Part shown: positions 1-12,860 of the stretch, piece by piece
How positions within the stretch are numbered: the first letter of the stretch is position 1
Layout: each line of letters opens with the position of its first letter
Notes under the pieces: generated by a model
Databases searched by the model: none
What the model saw: only the letters and a program-made list of their open reading frames with translations
What the model was told of the DNA's origin: nothing
Translations under genes and position numbers: made by a program
NCBI GenBank assembly: GCA_013115125.1
Contig: JABANN010000073.1
Location: 1 to 64,000, forward strand
Length of the DNA: 64,000 nt
DNA from: Perkinsus olseni
Lineage: Eukaryota
Direction: 5' to 3'

Positions 1-235
1 GAACCACTCAGACTTGTCTACATCGACTTCTCCCTTTCCTTCGGTTCTACTACGGCCACCCCGATACTTCACAATGGTAACCCAACTGCTCAACTCCCTC
101 CTCACTACTGAATCAACTTAACACTAAAGGAGCACATCGATCAACCGCATTCAGCACTAAAAAGACACACGGCATGCATGCTTGAATTACGAGAAGCCAA
201 AAATAAAGCAGGCGGAGAGCTTCAAATCACATCGC

Positions 236-2010
236 TCACCTGCGGCCTGTGTGCAGGTAGTAGAGGGCTGCGAAGAATAGCACTTGCAGTACCACCGTCC
301 AGATAGTCAGCACAGTCATGTTGATGCCAAGATCGGTGTCTTCGAGGTTATACTCTCTCAAGATGAAATCTCCGAGCGGGGGAGCGCTATCAAACTCGGC
401 AAACATGAACGCTCCGAATGCGTACGTGTGGAACGCCAGGTGATGCACCCACTTCCAGCCTGACGGTATTCGATCGGGCGGTACCATAAATCCGCAAACT
501 AACATGAACATGCCGTAGATACCCGCTCCGAGGGCGATGCCGATGATGTAGTGAGGAGTGGCAGCCCCCAACAGCATCATGAGCGACTCTGATACAACCA
601 TCGAGAGGAATAGGTTGAGGAAAAACCAACCAAATGCGTGGAGCCCAGCGAGGCCGACTACCATTGCAGACGACACCAGTGCGATGATAGCGATACCCGG
701 CAAGCAGGCGAGGAAGTTGGCTGCAACGAACACCGCGACGTTGAGATTCGAGTTTGCACGCTCGCGCGCAAATACGGAGCGTATTTCGTCGAAGAAGGGC
801 AACACGGCGACCGCCATGAAGACCAGGAATGCCTGGACATAGAAGAGCATCGGGACCTGATCCCTCTGAGTGAGGGAGTCGTTGGTCCGGATGTACATAG
901 TGCCCACCATAAAGGAGAGGATAACATACATGACCAGGCGAACCCAGTAGATGCCGGGATTCCTCACGTTATTCTTGAAGTTTCTCACCAATAGGGTGAC
1001 GAACTGCTGCATTTTGCTCGGTCTGACCGACGACCAGATCTCTCTATCTGAAAGTGCGCGAGAGCTGGTGATATCATCCGGTGCGGGAGTCTCTTCGTCC
1101 ATGTCCTTCACTTCCTTGTAACGATCGATGAGACCGGGAACATCCCCGTGACCTGGGAAATCCGTATTGACTAGGTTCATCACATGCTCGGCAGGGTTAG
1201 TGAAGGCCGGGACAGGGTAACCGACAGAAGCAAAGTACTCCGGAACCTTATCAGGAGGGCCGAGATACACCACGCTGCCTTCAACAAGGAAGCAGACCTT
1301 GCTGAGCGACAGCCAGATGTCGCTGCTGGGCTGGTGGATGGTCACGATGATCGTGCACCGGTCCTCAACGGCAAGGTTTTTTAGGTACTCCATGATGTTG
1401 AAGGCCGAAGCCGAGTCCAGGCCAGAGGTGGGTTCATCTAGGAGAAGTACTGAAGGCGCCTTCAGTAGCTCGATGGCAACGCTCACGCGCCGCTTTTGGC
1501 CGCCTGAAATGCCCTTGCGGAAAACGTCGCCGATGAGGGTATTCTCACAGGACCGCAGACCCATGATGTCAATGACATGCTGGACACGACGTTCTCGCTC
1601 ATCGTGGCCTACTCGCTTGGGTAGGGCCAAGCGAGCGCTCTGCCGAAGTGTCTCCAATACGGTGAAAGAGCCCATGAGGCTGTCTTCTTGGGCAACGTAC
1701 GCAGATACCGCACGGAAGGAGATCGGCGTACGAGGGGTCTTGTTGAGTAAAACGTCGCCCATTATCTTGCCAGATGAAACACGGTCGGCCAGAATGTCCA
1801 GCAGAGAGGTTTTACCGGACCCAGAAGGTCCCATGATGGCGACGACCTCACCGGGAGCAGCCGAGCCAGACACGCTATTGAGAATTCTCTTAACACCGAG
1901 CTTCTTGCCCAACAGACTTTACGGGTGACCTCAAAGGTGATATCGCGCCAGTCAAGAGAATGAGAGTGTCTCTCGGCCTTATCAACCGGATCGCGAGTGT
2001 AGCTGCTCAT
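236..2010 (-). CDS. ABCG (White-family) half ABC transporter, intronless; apparent 1-nt frameshift near 1918-1920
   Basis: Walker A GPSGSGKT, signature ISGGQKRRV, Walker B LLLDEPTSGLD, then a multi-helix TMD (NBD-TMD order). The N-terminus MSSYTRD...LDWRDITFEVTRK starts at ATG 2010 in a different frame from the 236-1912 ORF. Confidence 0.93.
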
Positions 2011-2601
2011 GACGTAAGAGACTGGCCAGAACGCTGAAACGGGGACGTCAGCAAGTTCCCAGATACAACGGCGACTGGCTGACCTCAACTCGGTAATTAT
2101 TCTCCTCCTGTTCACTGAGCGGCGTTCAGTAAGTTTATTACGGACTCAGGATCGATTCTGGAATAAACTTACACCATCAAATGCCGTTCCGAGTTCAATT
2201 TAGAGTTTCAGATCTGTTCATTGAGCACAACCTCGGTCAAATCAGACTGATTGCCGAGACCCCGACACCATCTCATCTGCAAAGGCTTCGTACGTTGTTT
2301 GTGCGTTGGGGCGAGCGCTGAGAGAAAAAGGCGGAGCGAAGTGCTTCATGACTTGCAATTCTATGCGCAATATGGTATGCCAGACTGTCACGTCTCAAAG
2401 TGATGTGCCGTGGACTTAGAATAAGGCATTCCTAAGCGCGTCCCTGTTGCATTGTTCGACCGAGATGTGAAGGTACGCAGTTCGACTAACGCGGTACTTC
2501 GGGAAAGAGGCATTGAGTCTACTCGTGTGGGCCTTTCGTTTGTGCTGACTGCTGCCAGTGGAGCAAGCTCTCAGTTGGTGTTTTAATTCTCTTGGTTGGC
2601 G

Positions 2602-4881
2602 ATGAAAATACGGTTTCCAAGGTGCGGCTGCTTCGCTCCACCTGCAGTGAGGGATGAGGATGAGGATGAATTCTCGGGACCGGATCGAAGGACTAAGTCG
2701 TCTAGGAGCAGTACTCGGGTAATGCAGCAGGTCCGTTGGGATCTTAGGTCGCCGCTTGGTGATCTTGAGAGAAACTCTTGAACAGGTTCACACACCCGAC
2801 TTAAAGAACGTGTCTACTGATACCGAGGAGGCCACGATGGTGGACTTGCCGCCTGTGAGCATCCAGGTAATAATAAGAGGGTGGTCATCCTTCGGCGGCT
2901 TAGTCGGGACTCGTAATGACAGTGTGGCCGAGGTCCGTTCGAGGTAGGCCTTCTGTGTTCCTGCAGCGCGTTTCGCGGTGGACGGCAGCCATTCTCATTC
3001 TCATTACAATCGCCTGCTCGACGTCGCGATGTTGTAGTTTGTCGTGGATCCTAACTAATGCCCGGTACCCTGTAGTGTTCAAGATTATTCCATGTTTTCT
3101 ACTTCAGCGCATTCGTTCGTGGGTGAGCGACGACTTTTTTGACTGTGCCTCTGAGATCGGCGATATAGAGGAGACGTTCCCACCAGTAAGTGGAACACTT
3201 GGAACTTCTACTGATGTGCATCAGGGCTGTTTAACAGGATGCTCAGTCACATTTCTCATTGGTTTCCTAGCTCGCATGGGTATCCAAGGCGTATTGAGAA
3301 TCGTGCATTGATGATGACCCGGAAATGTGTCTGTACTGATCTATCCAGCCACGCGAACTCCCAGGACAGGAGCTCGCCTTTTGGTAGCCTGCATTGGCCC
3401 GGGGGAGCTGCTCTTGATGTTCGCTTGAAATGAGAAGACGGCCATTTGTTTCAGGCACTACGACAGGGAAACCAGTTGAATGATTTAACCCAAGTAGTAA
3501 AGGGGGATGGCTACTCTAGCTTAGAATGCTTGAAGTATCGGTACCTGCTACTTCAACGCGCTCTGTGAATTCCCTTCGACGGTTATCATTTGCCGCGTGA
3601 AAGTCTTCGGTTTAGCGTGTTATGAAGTTCATCAGGGAATGCTCGATGCCGCATTGGCAGCACAAGAAGCACTTCTGTTTTGGCACACTGGTGATGGCTC
3701 AAGTCAGTTCAAGGATGCGGGGAAGTCCGGGAAAGTTAAACTAGCGATAATTCCAGCTAAGGGAGAGACAATGCAGGTAATACTGGACCGTTATTCACAT
3801 CCACACTCACCATCACGCGAGGGCGAGTCGAGTAGGAGGGTATTGGGTGATTCGAGGCCTCGATTTTCCGTACTGGTCAATCGGCTGTTCTCATATCGGT
3901 GTTCGGGAGGATGTTGATGTAGAACTCGTTGTGCGATGCGAAGTGCGGGGTTGGACTATTCGTGGCCATACTAGTGGATATACTGATGACTCGGGTTCGA
4001 ACCTCGGCGAAGGTATTACTCCCCGCTTATAGGTTGTCAAAGGCACGGCTTCCTTCGGCGTCGGTGAATTGACTTTAGAAGAAGTGGTTGACTTTCTCAC
4101 GGACGTCGAGAAGAAGGGCAAGTACGACAGTCAGTTTGCTCAAGGTAACGTTGGTTCTTTTGGTGCGCTCACTCGAGGTCACTCGGTTACTTCCTAAGGT
4201 CACAAAAAGCGAGCCTTATACGAGGATCCATCGACGAAGCGCCGACTGGACCTAGACTATGCAGCGTACAAAGGTAGTGTTCGGGTCGCGGTTGACGTTC
4301 GTGGCGGTAGCCAAGCTTGTCACTTGTGGTTCCCTTCTCAGCTCAGTGGGGTGTGTCCGGCAGGGACTGTGCTCTTACTTCCGTTGTAGAGAAGCTAGGG
4401 GATGATATGTGGGTGATGTCGTCGAGGTCTTGTGAATATCCAGGTAGTGAATAGGTGGGATCAGACAGGTAGTTTTGCTTTGGAAGAAAGGGCGATGCTT
4501 CCCAGGTTATGGAGAAGGGGAGGTGCTTCCTGGGTATGTTCGGTGTCAAATCGTGAACGCTGGTAACGTAGTCGAGAGGGATCCGGACACGGGCGAGATC
4601 TTCGTGACGATGTACAGCCAGATGAGTATTGGTGGTAACATCCCGACGTGGATCGTCAATAAGGCACAGGTAGTAGTGCCTTGGAACGACCTGGAGGGCT
4701 CGCGGATGTGAACCATCGGGCTCTCGTGGAGGCCGCTCTGAGAATATGCTGCGCGGGAATCGCTTCCTCGCTGGCATTGTTCGCGTTAGTTGCGGTTTTT
4801 TTTCATTAGGCCAGAGCCCCGGGAGCCCTTCAAGACATGTATAACGGGTTGAAAAAGGAGAAGGCCGGTATGAGAGGATAG
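2602..4881 (+). CDS. START-domain lipid-transfer protein, paralog A (multi-exon)
   Basis: Spliced exons give ...SGRDCALTSVVEKLGDDMWVMSSRSCEYP/GYGEGEVLPGYVRCQIVNAG...GGNIPTWIVNKAQ/ARAPGALQDMYNGLKK...*, typical START/SRPBCC C-terminal motifs. Upstream SDDFFDCASE. Start codon tentative. Confidence 0.8.
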
Positions 4882-5164
4882 CTTATCAGCGAGAAGTTCG
4901 CGATACTTTGTTGCAATTGTAATTTGAATCTTGATCCAATGGATCCTGTGAAAGCTGCCTTCCATTCGGGGATCAGTGGTCCCACGAGTCATCTTCAATA
5001 TTTGATCTTTATTTGACGACATACGTTTCAGGCGATGAGTGGTATTGTGTTAAGTGTTGGCTACAGCTGACCGGCACGAAGGTGTTCCTGATAGTCGTTT
5101 TGATTAGCGAAAGTCCCCGGTTCTATCCTGGCGGGTAGTCGATTTCTTGATTTATTTTCACGTC

Positions 5165-7282
5165 GTGGGGTGCACCTCATCAAAGCCAAGCACTACTATC
5201 GTATTGGACCCGTGCAAGCTAGAGAGGAGTCGTTCTGGCCGGCATCTCCAATTTGATGTACCTATGCGATCATCGGAAAATATTTCCGTTAACGATAAGG
5301 CGCAGCGGCAGGTATGATCCGGGGCGCGTTGTATCGAATCAGTGGCTGGCGTAGACGCGGCCGCTGAGCCCATACCTTGCTCATAAGCGCAAGTTCCATT
5401 TCAGTGTGACACTTCGACGGCGGTTACCTTCTCATCGCGTGATGGTAGCGCTCACGGTCAGGTAGTAGTGTCGTTGTGCCTGGTAGTGATGATCGCTGGG
5501 AAGAGGGTTCATAGCCTCCAACGCGTGGATCAGTTCTGCAACTCGAACGCTGTCCTGCTTGCGTGCTGCCCACTCCATGCCTCTTCAGAACATGCTGAGC
5601 ATACCCGACGACGATTTCATGGATTGTTTATCGGTCGTGACCAGCAGTAACGGGGAGACCGAGGTGGGGTGTTGTCCACGCGCTGCTCGATTCACGGCGT
5701 GCGGACAGGTCGCTGCGTTAGCTCGACAGGTCAGCGGCCAGTTCGATGAGATGACCAAGGTAGTAATGGGATGGAATGGAGTGTTCAACAGCAACAAATT
5801 TCGGCTGGTACGTGGTGTTTATGGCGTGATATACTGAGCGAGACATTGGCCGAGGTAGCCGTTAGTGATGAGAAAACGGGGAAAACGCTGAACTTGTCTA
5901 TCATGGTACGCTGTAGAGGGTAAATTCTCCTGCGACGGCTTCTGGAAAGGCTTAGTTCGGCATTCACTACCTTTCAGACGCTGTTCGTTGCGGCCCGAAG
6001 CGCTCAGGCGGAGATTCTACAGTATTTAACCTCGGAGGGGGCGAGGGAATTCACGTCGCTCGGGAACGCGGGAGCTGTTGAAATAGCAGCCAGACCGCCA
6101 CCTGGTGGGGGAGTTTTTCAGGCAAGTATCTCCCGGAAGGACATGGAATGTTAGCGCGATTGCTCTCGTCGCTTCTTCATTGTGAAACTATCGTCCAATA
6201 CCGCGAACTGTGTGAAGTGCTGCGCTAATCAATGATGCCACGTCGATCGATACGCAGTACTAGGTCATGATGGGCCGCCGTTCGTTTGGTGTGGGCGAAG
6301 TTGACCTGAACGGGCTGCTGGACACCCTGATGGACCCCACTTCTCGGCCGAAATACAACACATATGCGGCGGGTGGTGAGTAGAGGGGTGAAAAGGGGCT
6401 GAGCCAGGGGGATGACGGTTGCGAAGGATTTTGACCTCTTTCGTGGAGGGTGAAGGCTAAGAGGGGCGCGATGTCTCTCAGGTGAGATCCTGAGAAAGGG
6501 TCTTATTGATGAGCCCGGGCGACGACTGGACCTCCAGTACGCTACTTTCAAAGGTATGGAGAGAGGGTTATCCAATACTGCGATTTGCGTGATTTCAGGT
6601 ATGCTGACCTTAGCGGGTAGAGACTGCGTCTACGCTATACTTCGCGAAAGGGTCCATGAGAATCTATGGGTAGTTTCGTGGAAATCTGTGGACATTCCTG
6701 GTGAGAGCTGTCCCACTCGTATCCTGGGTGTGCTTGCAACAAAGCCAACGAGGGAGGTAGTCATCAACTAATCGCTGGCTCGTTCTTCCACCAGCGATCT
6801 CACTTCGATCATGTGTGGATACTCTGAATCGAGTGTTGACTACTTGCCACAAGCATGTATGTGCCCTCGCAAGACGGAGTACCCGAGATGGCCTGATTTT
6901 CTCTACTCCCGAATATTTTGCGCATTTTTTCAGCGTTTTCCAACCATGGCCGGCAATCCGGTTTCGTGAGGTGTAACTTTTTATGCTGCGGTTATGCGAT
7001 AATGGTAGAACCGCAGACAGGGGAGCTCATCGTTACGATGATCAACCAGGCAGACCCTGGAGGGAACGTGAGAAAGATACCAACTTGGATAGCTAACAAG
7101 GTCCAGGTGAGGGTGCTCCGATGGATTCGAGAGAAGGATGCTGAGGTAACGTGAATTTTTGTCAGAGAGGACAGCCGGCGAGCCTGAACAACCTGTACGA
7201 CCTCCTCAAGCTGGGATGGAAAGTTGGTTGGGATAGTCCGCGTTTTTGTGTGAAGGGGAATGCACTGGGTTTGGGTCTTTGA
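5165..7282 (+). CDS. START-domain protein, paralog B; GTG in place of the ATG start
   Basis: GTG-GCTSSKPSTTIVLDPCKLERSRSGRHLQF aligns with the first exon of paralog C. START exons (AGRDCVYAILRERV...; GFVRCNF...IPTWIANKVQ) read open. Confidence 0.78.
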
Positions 7283-7751
7283 GCTAAAAAGTGGAATCAT
7301 GAGAATGAAAATTCTCTTTCTCCTTGCGTGGTCGACTCGCCTATCCCCCCAGGCATACCGGCAGCCCCTGGTGATTTTCTTTTCAGGATTAGCTGAGTAT
7401 GGAGCCGGCCGTGCACTAGTGCGTGCACCCTGTGCAGTGCGTCCTACCGGTTATTTAGAGTTTTTAGAGTCCGACGTCGCAGAGGGTGTCGGCGTTCGTT
7501 TTTCACGTACAGTATGTAAAGTACACTTGTGCTGTACCTTATATTTGTACGCTGATTTTTTGTGTTTGATTTTGACTTGTCTCATCGCCATGAGCGCCAT
7601 GTCTCTCAAACCATATTGATGTTGCGTCACAGCTGACCTTGCAAATGGCGTGGCATAGGGGTGGAGCACGCTGCTGGCATGATCGTGAGATCGAGTTCAA
7701 ATCTCTCAGTTGTTTTAACATAGGAAAGTATATTCAGTTCGACACTATAGG

Positions 7752-10242
7752 ATGGGATGCACTTCATCAAAGTCGACCAACACGATTGTGTTGGACCCTC
7801 GCTCATTGAAGCGGAGTAACTCTGGCCGGCATCTCCAATTTGCATTACCGACATCACCATCGGCCATCCATAGAGGCCCGATAGTCGAGGAGGTACCCAG
7901 TGAAGATGCTTCGCACAACTACAGCAACAAGCGTCAACAACAGGTACTGCCGGGGGTGAGTTGGACCTGAGTCAAACTCATTGTTCATCAGAAATTTTTG
8001 GTAGCATTTTTGAGTACCTAAGTTGATCAAAGAGGAATACGTGTATACGGTCGTTCGCGGAATGGGGAACGCGAGATTTGCGATGTGATATAAAGTGAAT
8101 TCACTTTGTGAGAATGACGTGGTGGCGACGGTACATCGCTTTTTTCCGGGAGCCCTGGACGTCTGAAAGGGTTTGAAAGACAGATTCGTGGATTGGTAGT
8201 ATACAGTAGAGTGATCAGTGTTATCTATGGCCGCATCGGTTGCGGGCGAGGGTCCCTCAAGCTTCGACACTCGCTTAGGGCTCGTTGCCCAACGGTTCGT
8301 CTCTGGGGTTTCCTGGTCTGGGCGTTACGCATCTCTGCAGTGAATGCTCGGCGTCTTCCGTAGAACAGTCTAACCTTCTCGGTTGAAAGAATTGGCTTGC
8401 GCATGCCTGCCGCTGTGTTGCTACCTTTCTTCTCTTTCAGCCACAACTGACGGAGCCACCGACAACCGACACTTCTCATGCAGACGACGATGACGTAATA
8501 TTCCCCTGGGTAACGGTTGGCTCGAATGCATCAATTCCCTTTCAGAGCCGGCTCATCCGAGTGAAGTCTTGGCGAAGCGAGGATTTTGCGGACTGCGTCT
8601 CGGCCATTAGTGAATTGCGGCTCGAAAATGGGGAAGTGGTAATAGGCGAGGGTGGATCAGCGTGGCATAGGATTGACGACGGGACGGATTTTCAATCAAA
8701 GACCTGCGTGTAGCTGTTCCAGCAGCGACTTACGAGTCTCCGGACTCAAGGGAGTTTCTGCCATTGATTATCGTTCGAAGTTTCATAACCAGTGTGGACC
8801 TTTCTCGATGATACTATGTTCATTTCGGTTCTAATGCTGGCGTAGCAGGAACATTACGGCACTGCTTGCCACAGCTCCAGAGCTCACGGAACGGTGCCCA
8901 ATTTCCCGTAGGACGTCAGGTTGAGAGAAAGTAATGAATTAGATGGTGGTGAAATGAGCGTCCGTACGCTGTGCGCGGTAGATAAATAATTTTTATGTAG
9001 AAGATAAGTATCATGGAAGATACTGTCAGGAAGATTAGTATCGATGCGCCCTACGGTTATACCATGTGATTGTTCGGGTATTCTTATTGCAGGTTACCCC
9101 AAAAGTTGTTCCGGCCGTTCCTACTTTGGACCCTGAGACGCAGGTGAGGCCGAGACCGTGCGTTCGATTCCCAGCCTCCCCATTTCTCAACTTCAGGAAC
9201 TGTTGGATGCGGCAATGGAATCCCAGCGGAAGATACTGTATTACTTATCACCCGAAGGGATGGCTGAATTCAATCCTAATGGGAAGTCTGGACCGGTGAC
9301 CCTCATGGTCGTACCACAGATGGACGATGTGCCACAGGTGAAGGACCCTGTCCCTGGGAGCCGCTCGAACGCTCTCTTTCCAGGTTGTAATGGGCTATCG
9401 CTCTTTCGGTAGCGGCGAGGTCGAGCTTAAGGATTTGCTCGACCTTCTGATGGACCCCGTGGCGAGAAAGAAGTTCGACAGCCAAACAGCTGATGGTAGA
9501 TCGGAACGCGGGACCTGCTCCGTCGATCAACCTGAGCAATTATGTTGGCAGGGAAGCTGTTGAAGAAGGGTATCATCGATGAGCCAGACAGGAGGCTCGA
9601 CTTTCACTACGGCGCGTTCAAAGGTAGGCCGTCTCCTGGATACGGGTAGCGAGGATGGTTTTCACGATTCTCCTTCCTTGCTGTACACCCCGAATTGATG
9701 TGCCACCGGCGACCTCAGTGGCCCACTTATTGGGCAGGAGCGCGAGAATGGCGAGGTGGTCGGGTAAAAGTCTCTGCCTGCATTCCTTGTTGGTTTTAGG
9801 TATGATGAACGTGGGGGGAAGAGACTGCGTGTATGCTATCTTGCGTGAGAAGATTCGGGATGATCTGTGGATCGTCTCTTCGAAATCAGTGGATCTCCCA
9901 GGTGGGTGCCTCACGCCGAACACTCTGCAGCGTTTGGCCTGCTGTGTGAGAGAAACGACGTTATTTTTTCTGTTCATTCAGAGTATCCTGAGAATGGCGT
10001 CCTCCCCGGGTACGTCCGGTGTGATGTGAAGTTCGCTGGGTATGCGATGTCGATTGATCCGAAGACTAAGGAGCTCACCGTAACGATGTACAATCAAGTG
10101 GATGTTAAAGGCAACATACCCACTTGGATCGTTAACAAGGCACAGGTATGAAACATCCCCGGGATTTCTAACTAACGGAGGTTCATTTCAGAATAAGCAA
10201 CCCGCCTGCTTGAATGATATGTACAAGCTGCTGAGGAACTAG
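7752..10242 (+). CDS. START-domain protein, paralog C, N-terminal MGC acylation motif
   Basis: MGCTSSKS... first exon; GGRDCVYAILREKIRDDLWIVSSKSVDLP/EYPENGVLPGYVRCDVKFAGY...KGNIPTWIVNKAQ/NKQPACLNDMYKLLRN*. Confidence 0.85.
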
Positions 10243-10674
10243 AGACGAACTTTCACAATGAGGGCAGTTCCATTCGGGGTCTTCCTCGCCCTCTGCCCCA
10301 CCCTCTTGTTCTCTGTCGCCTTCACTCCGTTTCAAGTGGGCTAAAATCGCTGTGATGACTGCGCAGCCCGGGCATCTTCCACTTTCGTTTTCAGCGTTGG
10401 TGCCGATTCATCGTTGGACTATTTGCTTATAATAGTGGCGTTGTATCGTCCGTTTCCTCGTCGGTTCTGCAATTTGCGTTGTGGGAGCTCTCCAGGCTTG
10501 GCTTCTTGTCGGTCCTCGACACAGCTGTCCTTCAACGCGGATATACGGGATAGTTGTACTCCAGCATAGATCTCCAGACAGAAAGATAACGGTCCACGGT
10601 CGCTAACACCGGCCTCCCGCGCTGGTGTCAGCTCTTATCTTTTCAGTTTAGAAGATATATATACACTCTAAATC

Positions 10675-12860
10675 ATGGGATGCTCGTTATCGACAGAAAC
10701 GAAGAGGGTGGTGTTGGACCCGAAGAAGCTCAAACGGACGCCATCTGGCAACCATTTCATCTTCGAAATACCGGTATCGGAGCTGGAGATGCCGGGCGAG
10801 AAAAGTCATCACAGGCATGAGGTAAGCTCGAGTAGGTTCTCAGCCAGCCATTTTCTCTCACCACTAATCTGAATGCAAATTGTTGGAGCATTTTCATTTC
10901 TCGAGGGGTACAGGAGCTACGCTGTCCGTACGATTCTGAAAGAAAAATTTTCCCGGCGGAGCTCTTCCGGATATCGCTTAGTGCAGGCCGTGTTGAACGA
11001 CGTTCGCTTCTCTAGGCTACGCGGGTTTGTGTCATCAGCACGGTCCAAATCTGCACTGTGTAGGAATGGCGTTTCTGTCGCAACATTTTTTCTCTCGTAA
11101 GGCACCTGCCTCGACTGCTGAGAATGTCGGCACGACCGAAGACACTGAGGTAATAGAGTTTTATGGTTAACGGGATCTCCTCAATCTTGCACATGGTTCT
11201 GAGAAATACAACAATTCACGCAAGAAGTGGCGCACACGTTACTGTTCACTTTCTCGCAACAACTGCGCTGGTCATCCTTCGAACGCAGCGTTTAGCGCCA
11301 GGGTTGGGCGTGCGAAGATAGTTTCTTTCTTCAGAGCCGCCTCGCTCATGTTCAATCCTGGACTAGCGACGACTTTCTCGATGCGATATCGGCCGACAGC
11401 CAGCTGCAGCTCGAGAACGGTGAAGTGGTAGGTTCTGCGAGTATTTGTTTCTACGCGGTGTCGAGGGAACCCGAAAGCCTTATGCTTGGTGTCCTGATTG
11501 ATCGGATCTTGATCGGATGCTTATGCTTGATCGGATCGTCGTCGTCTCAGGAAACCCCAACTGCGGCTAAGCCTGTTGCTCCTGCACTGCCACCTGAAAC
11601 GCAGGTAGGTCGAAGGCTCGATTTTGGCCACTCACTTTTCTTCGTTGTCAGAAATTTTTGGATGCTGCTTTGGATGCACAAAGAGCTATCCTTCATTACC
11701 TGTCACCCGAAGGCGAGGCCGAATTCAACCCCAATGGGAAGTCGGGGCCAGTGACGCTGATGGTCAAGCCGCAGACTGACGATGCTTTCCAGGTGAGTCC
11801 TTGCGGGAATAGTTTTCTCTAGGAGGGTCGGTGACGCAGTATGCGCGCAGGTCGTAATGGGATACCGCTCCTTCGGTGTGGACGAGGTTGATTTGCAGCA
11901 GCTCCTAGATGCTCTCATGGACCCAGAGGCTAGAAGCAAATTCGACAGTCAAACTGCTGATGGTAAAATCGTGAGACGGATACTCTTGATACCCCACGGA
12001 TAGCATTGAAACGACCAGATCGTAGGGGCACGGCGGCTCCGGTATATACTTGCTCTACGATTGGTGTAGCTTTTGCTTGAAAAGTCTGTGTGAGGGAATG
12101 AATCATATGGGACGGTGGGTATGTCTTTGGTCGTGAATTCCCAGAACGTGGATTTCGGCACCTGATACCGTCGGATATCTTTCCTTGCTCACGATTCCTT
12201 GAAACATAATGAATGCGAGACTCGACCTGGAATATTTATTGTCATTGAAATCTCGCTCCGCTTGCTGGTCCGTGGCTCGCGTCTCCGCTACCGCCAGCGA
12301 CTGGCCTTCTTGCGTAGGAAAAATGCTCGAGAAGGGCCTCATCGACGAACCAGAGAGACGACTGGATCTGCATTATAACGCTTTTAAAGGTACGCCTAAC
12401 TTTCTCAACGATCGAGCACCATTATGGTTTTCCACTCAGGGATGATGAACGTGGGCGGCCGCGATGCTGTGTTCGCTATTCTGCGACAGAAAATTAATGA
12501 CAATCTTTGGGTTATTTCGTCCAAGTCCGTTGACGTCCCAGGTGAGTATCACGCGTGCGTTCGTACTTTTGTCACCGGCGATCTTCAGAGTATCCGGAGA
12601 ATGGCGTCCTACCCGGGTACGTCCGAACGGATGTGAAGTTCGCTGGGTATGCGATGTCGATTAATTCGGAGACTAAGGAGCTAACCGTAACGATGTACAA
12701 TCAAGTAGATGTCAAGGGAAACATACCCACTTGGATCGTTAACAAGGCACAGGTAGCATAAACCTACAGCTTCGCCACGGCCCTTCCCTGATAGATTGCG
12801 TTCTAGAATAAGCAACCTGCGTGCTTGAATGATTTGTATAAGCTCCTGAAGAAGAACTGA
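10675..12860 (+). CDS. START-domain protein, paralog D, N-terminal MGC acylation motif
   Basis: MGCSLSTE... first exon. The 3' START exons are nearly identical to paralog C (EYPENGVLPGYVRTDVKFAGY...NKQPACLNDLYKLLKKN*). Confidence 0.85.

Noticed and set aside
1299-1928. 209-aa plus-strand ORF and similar antisense ORFs (18941-19690, 21200-21724, 46313-46789)
   Set aside because: Antisense shadows of well-supported genes.
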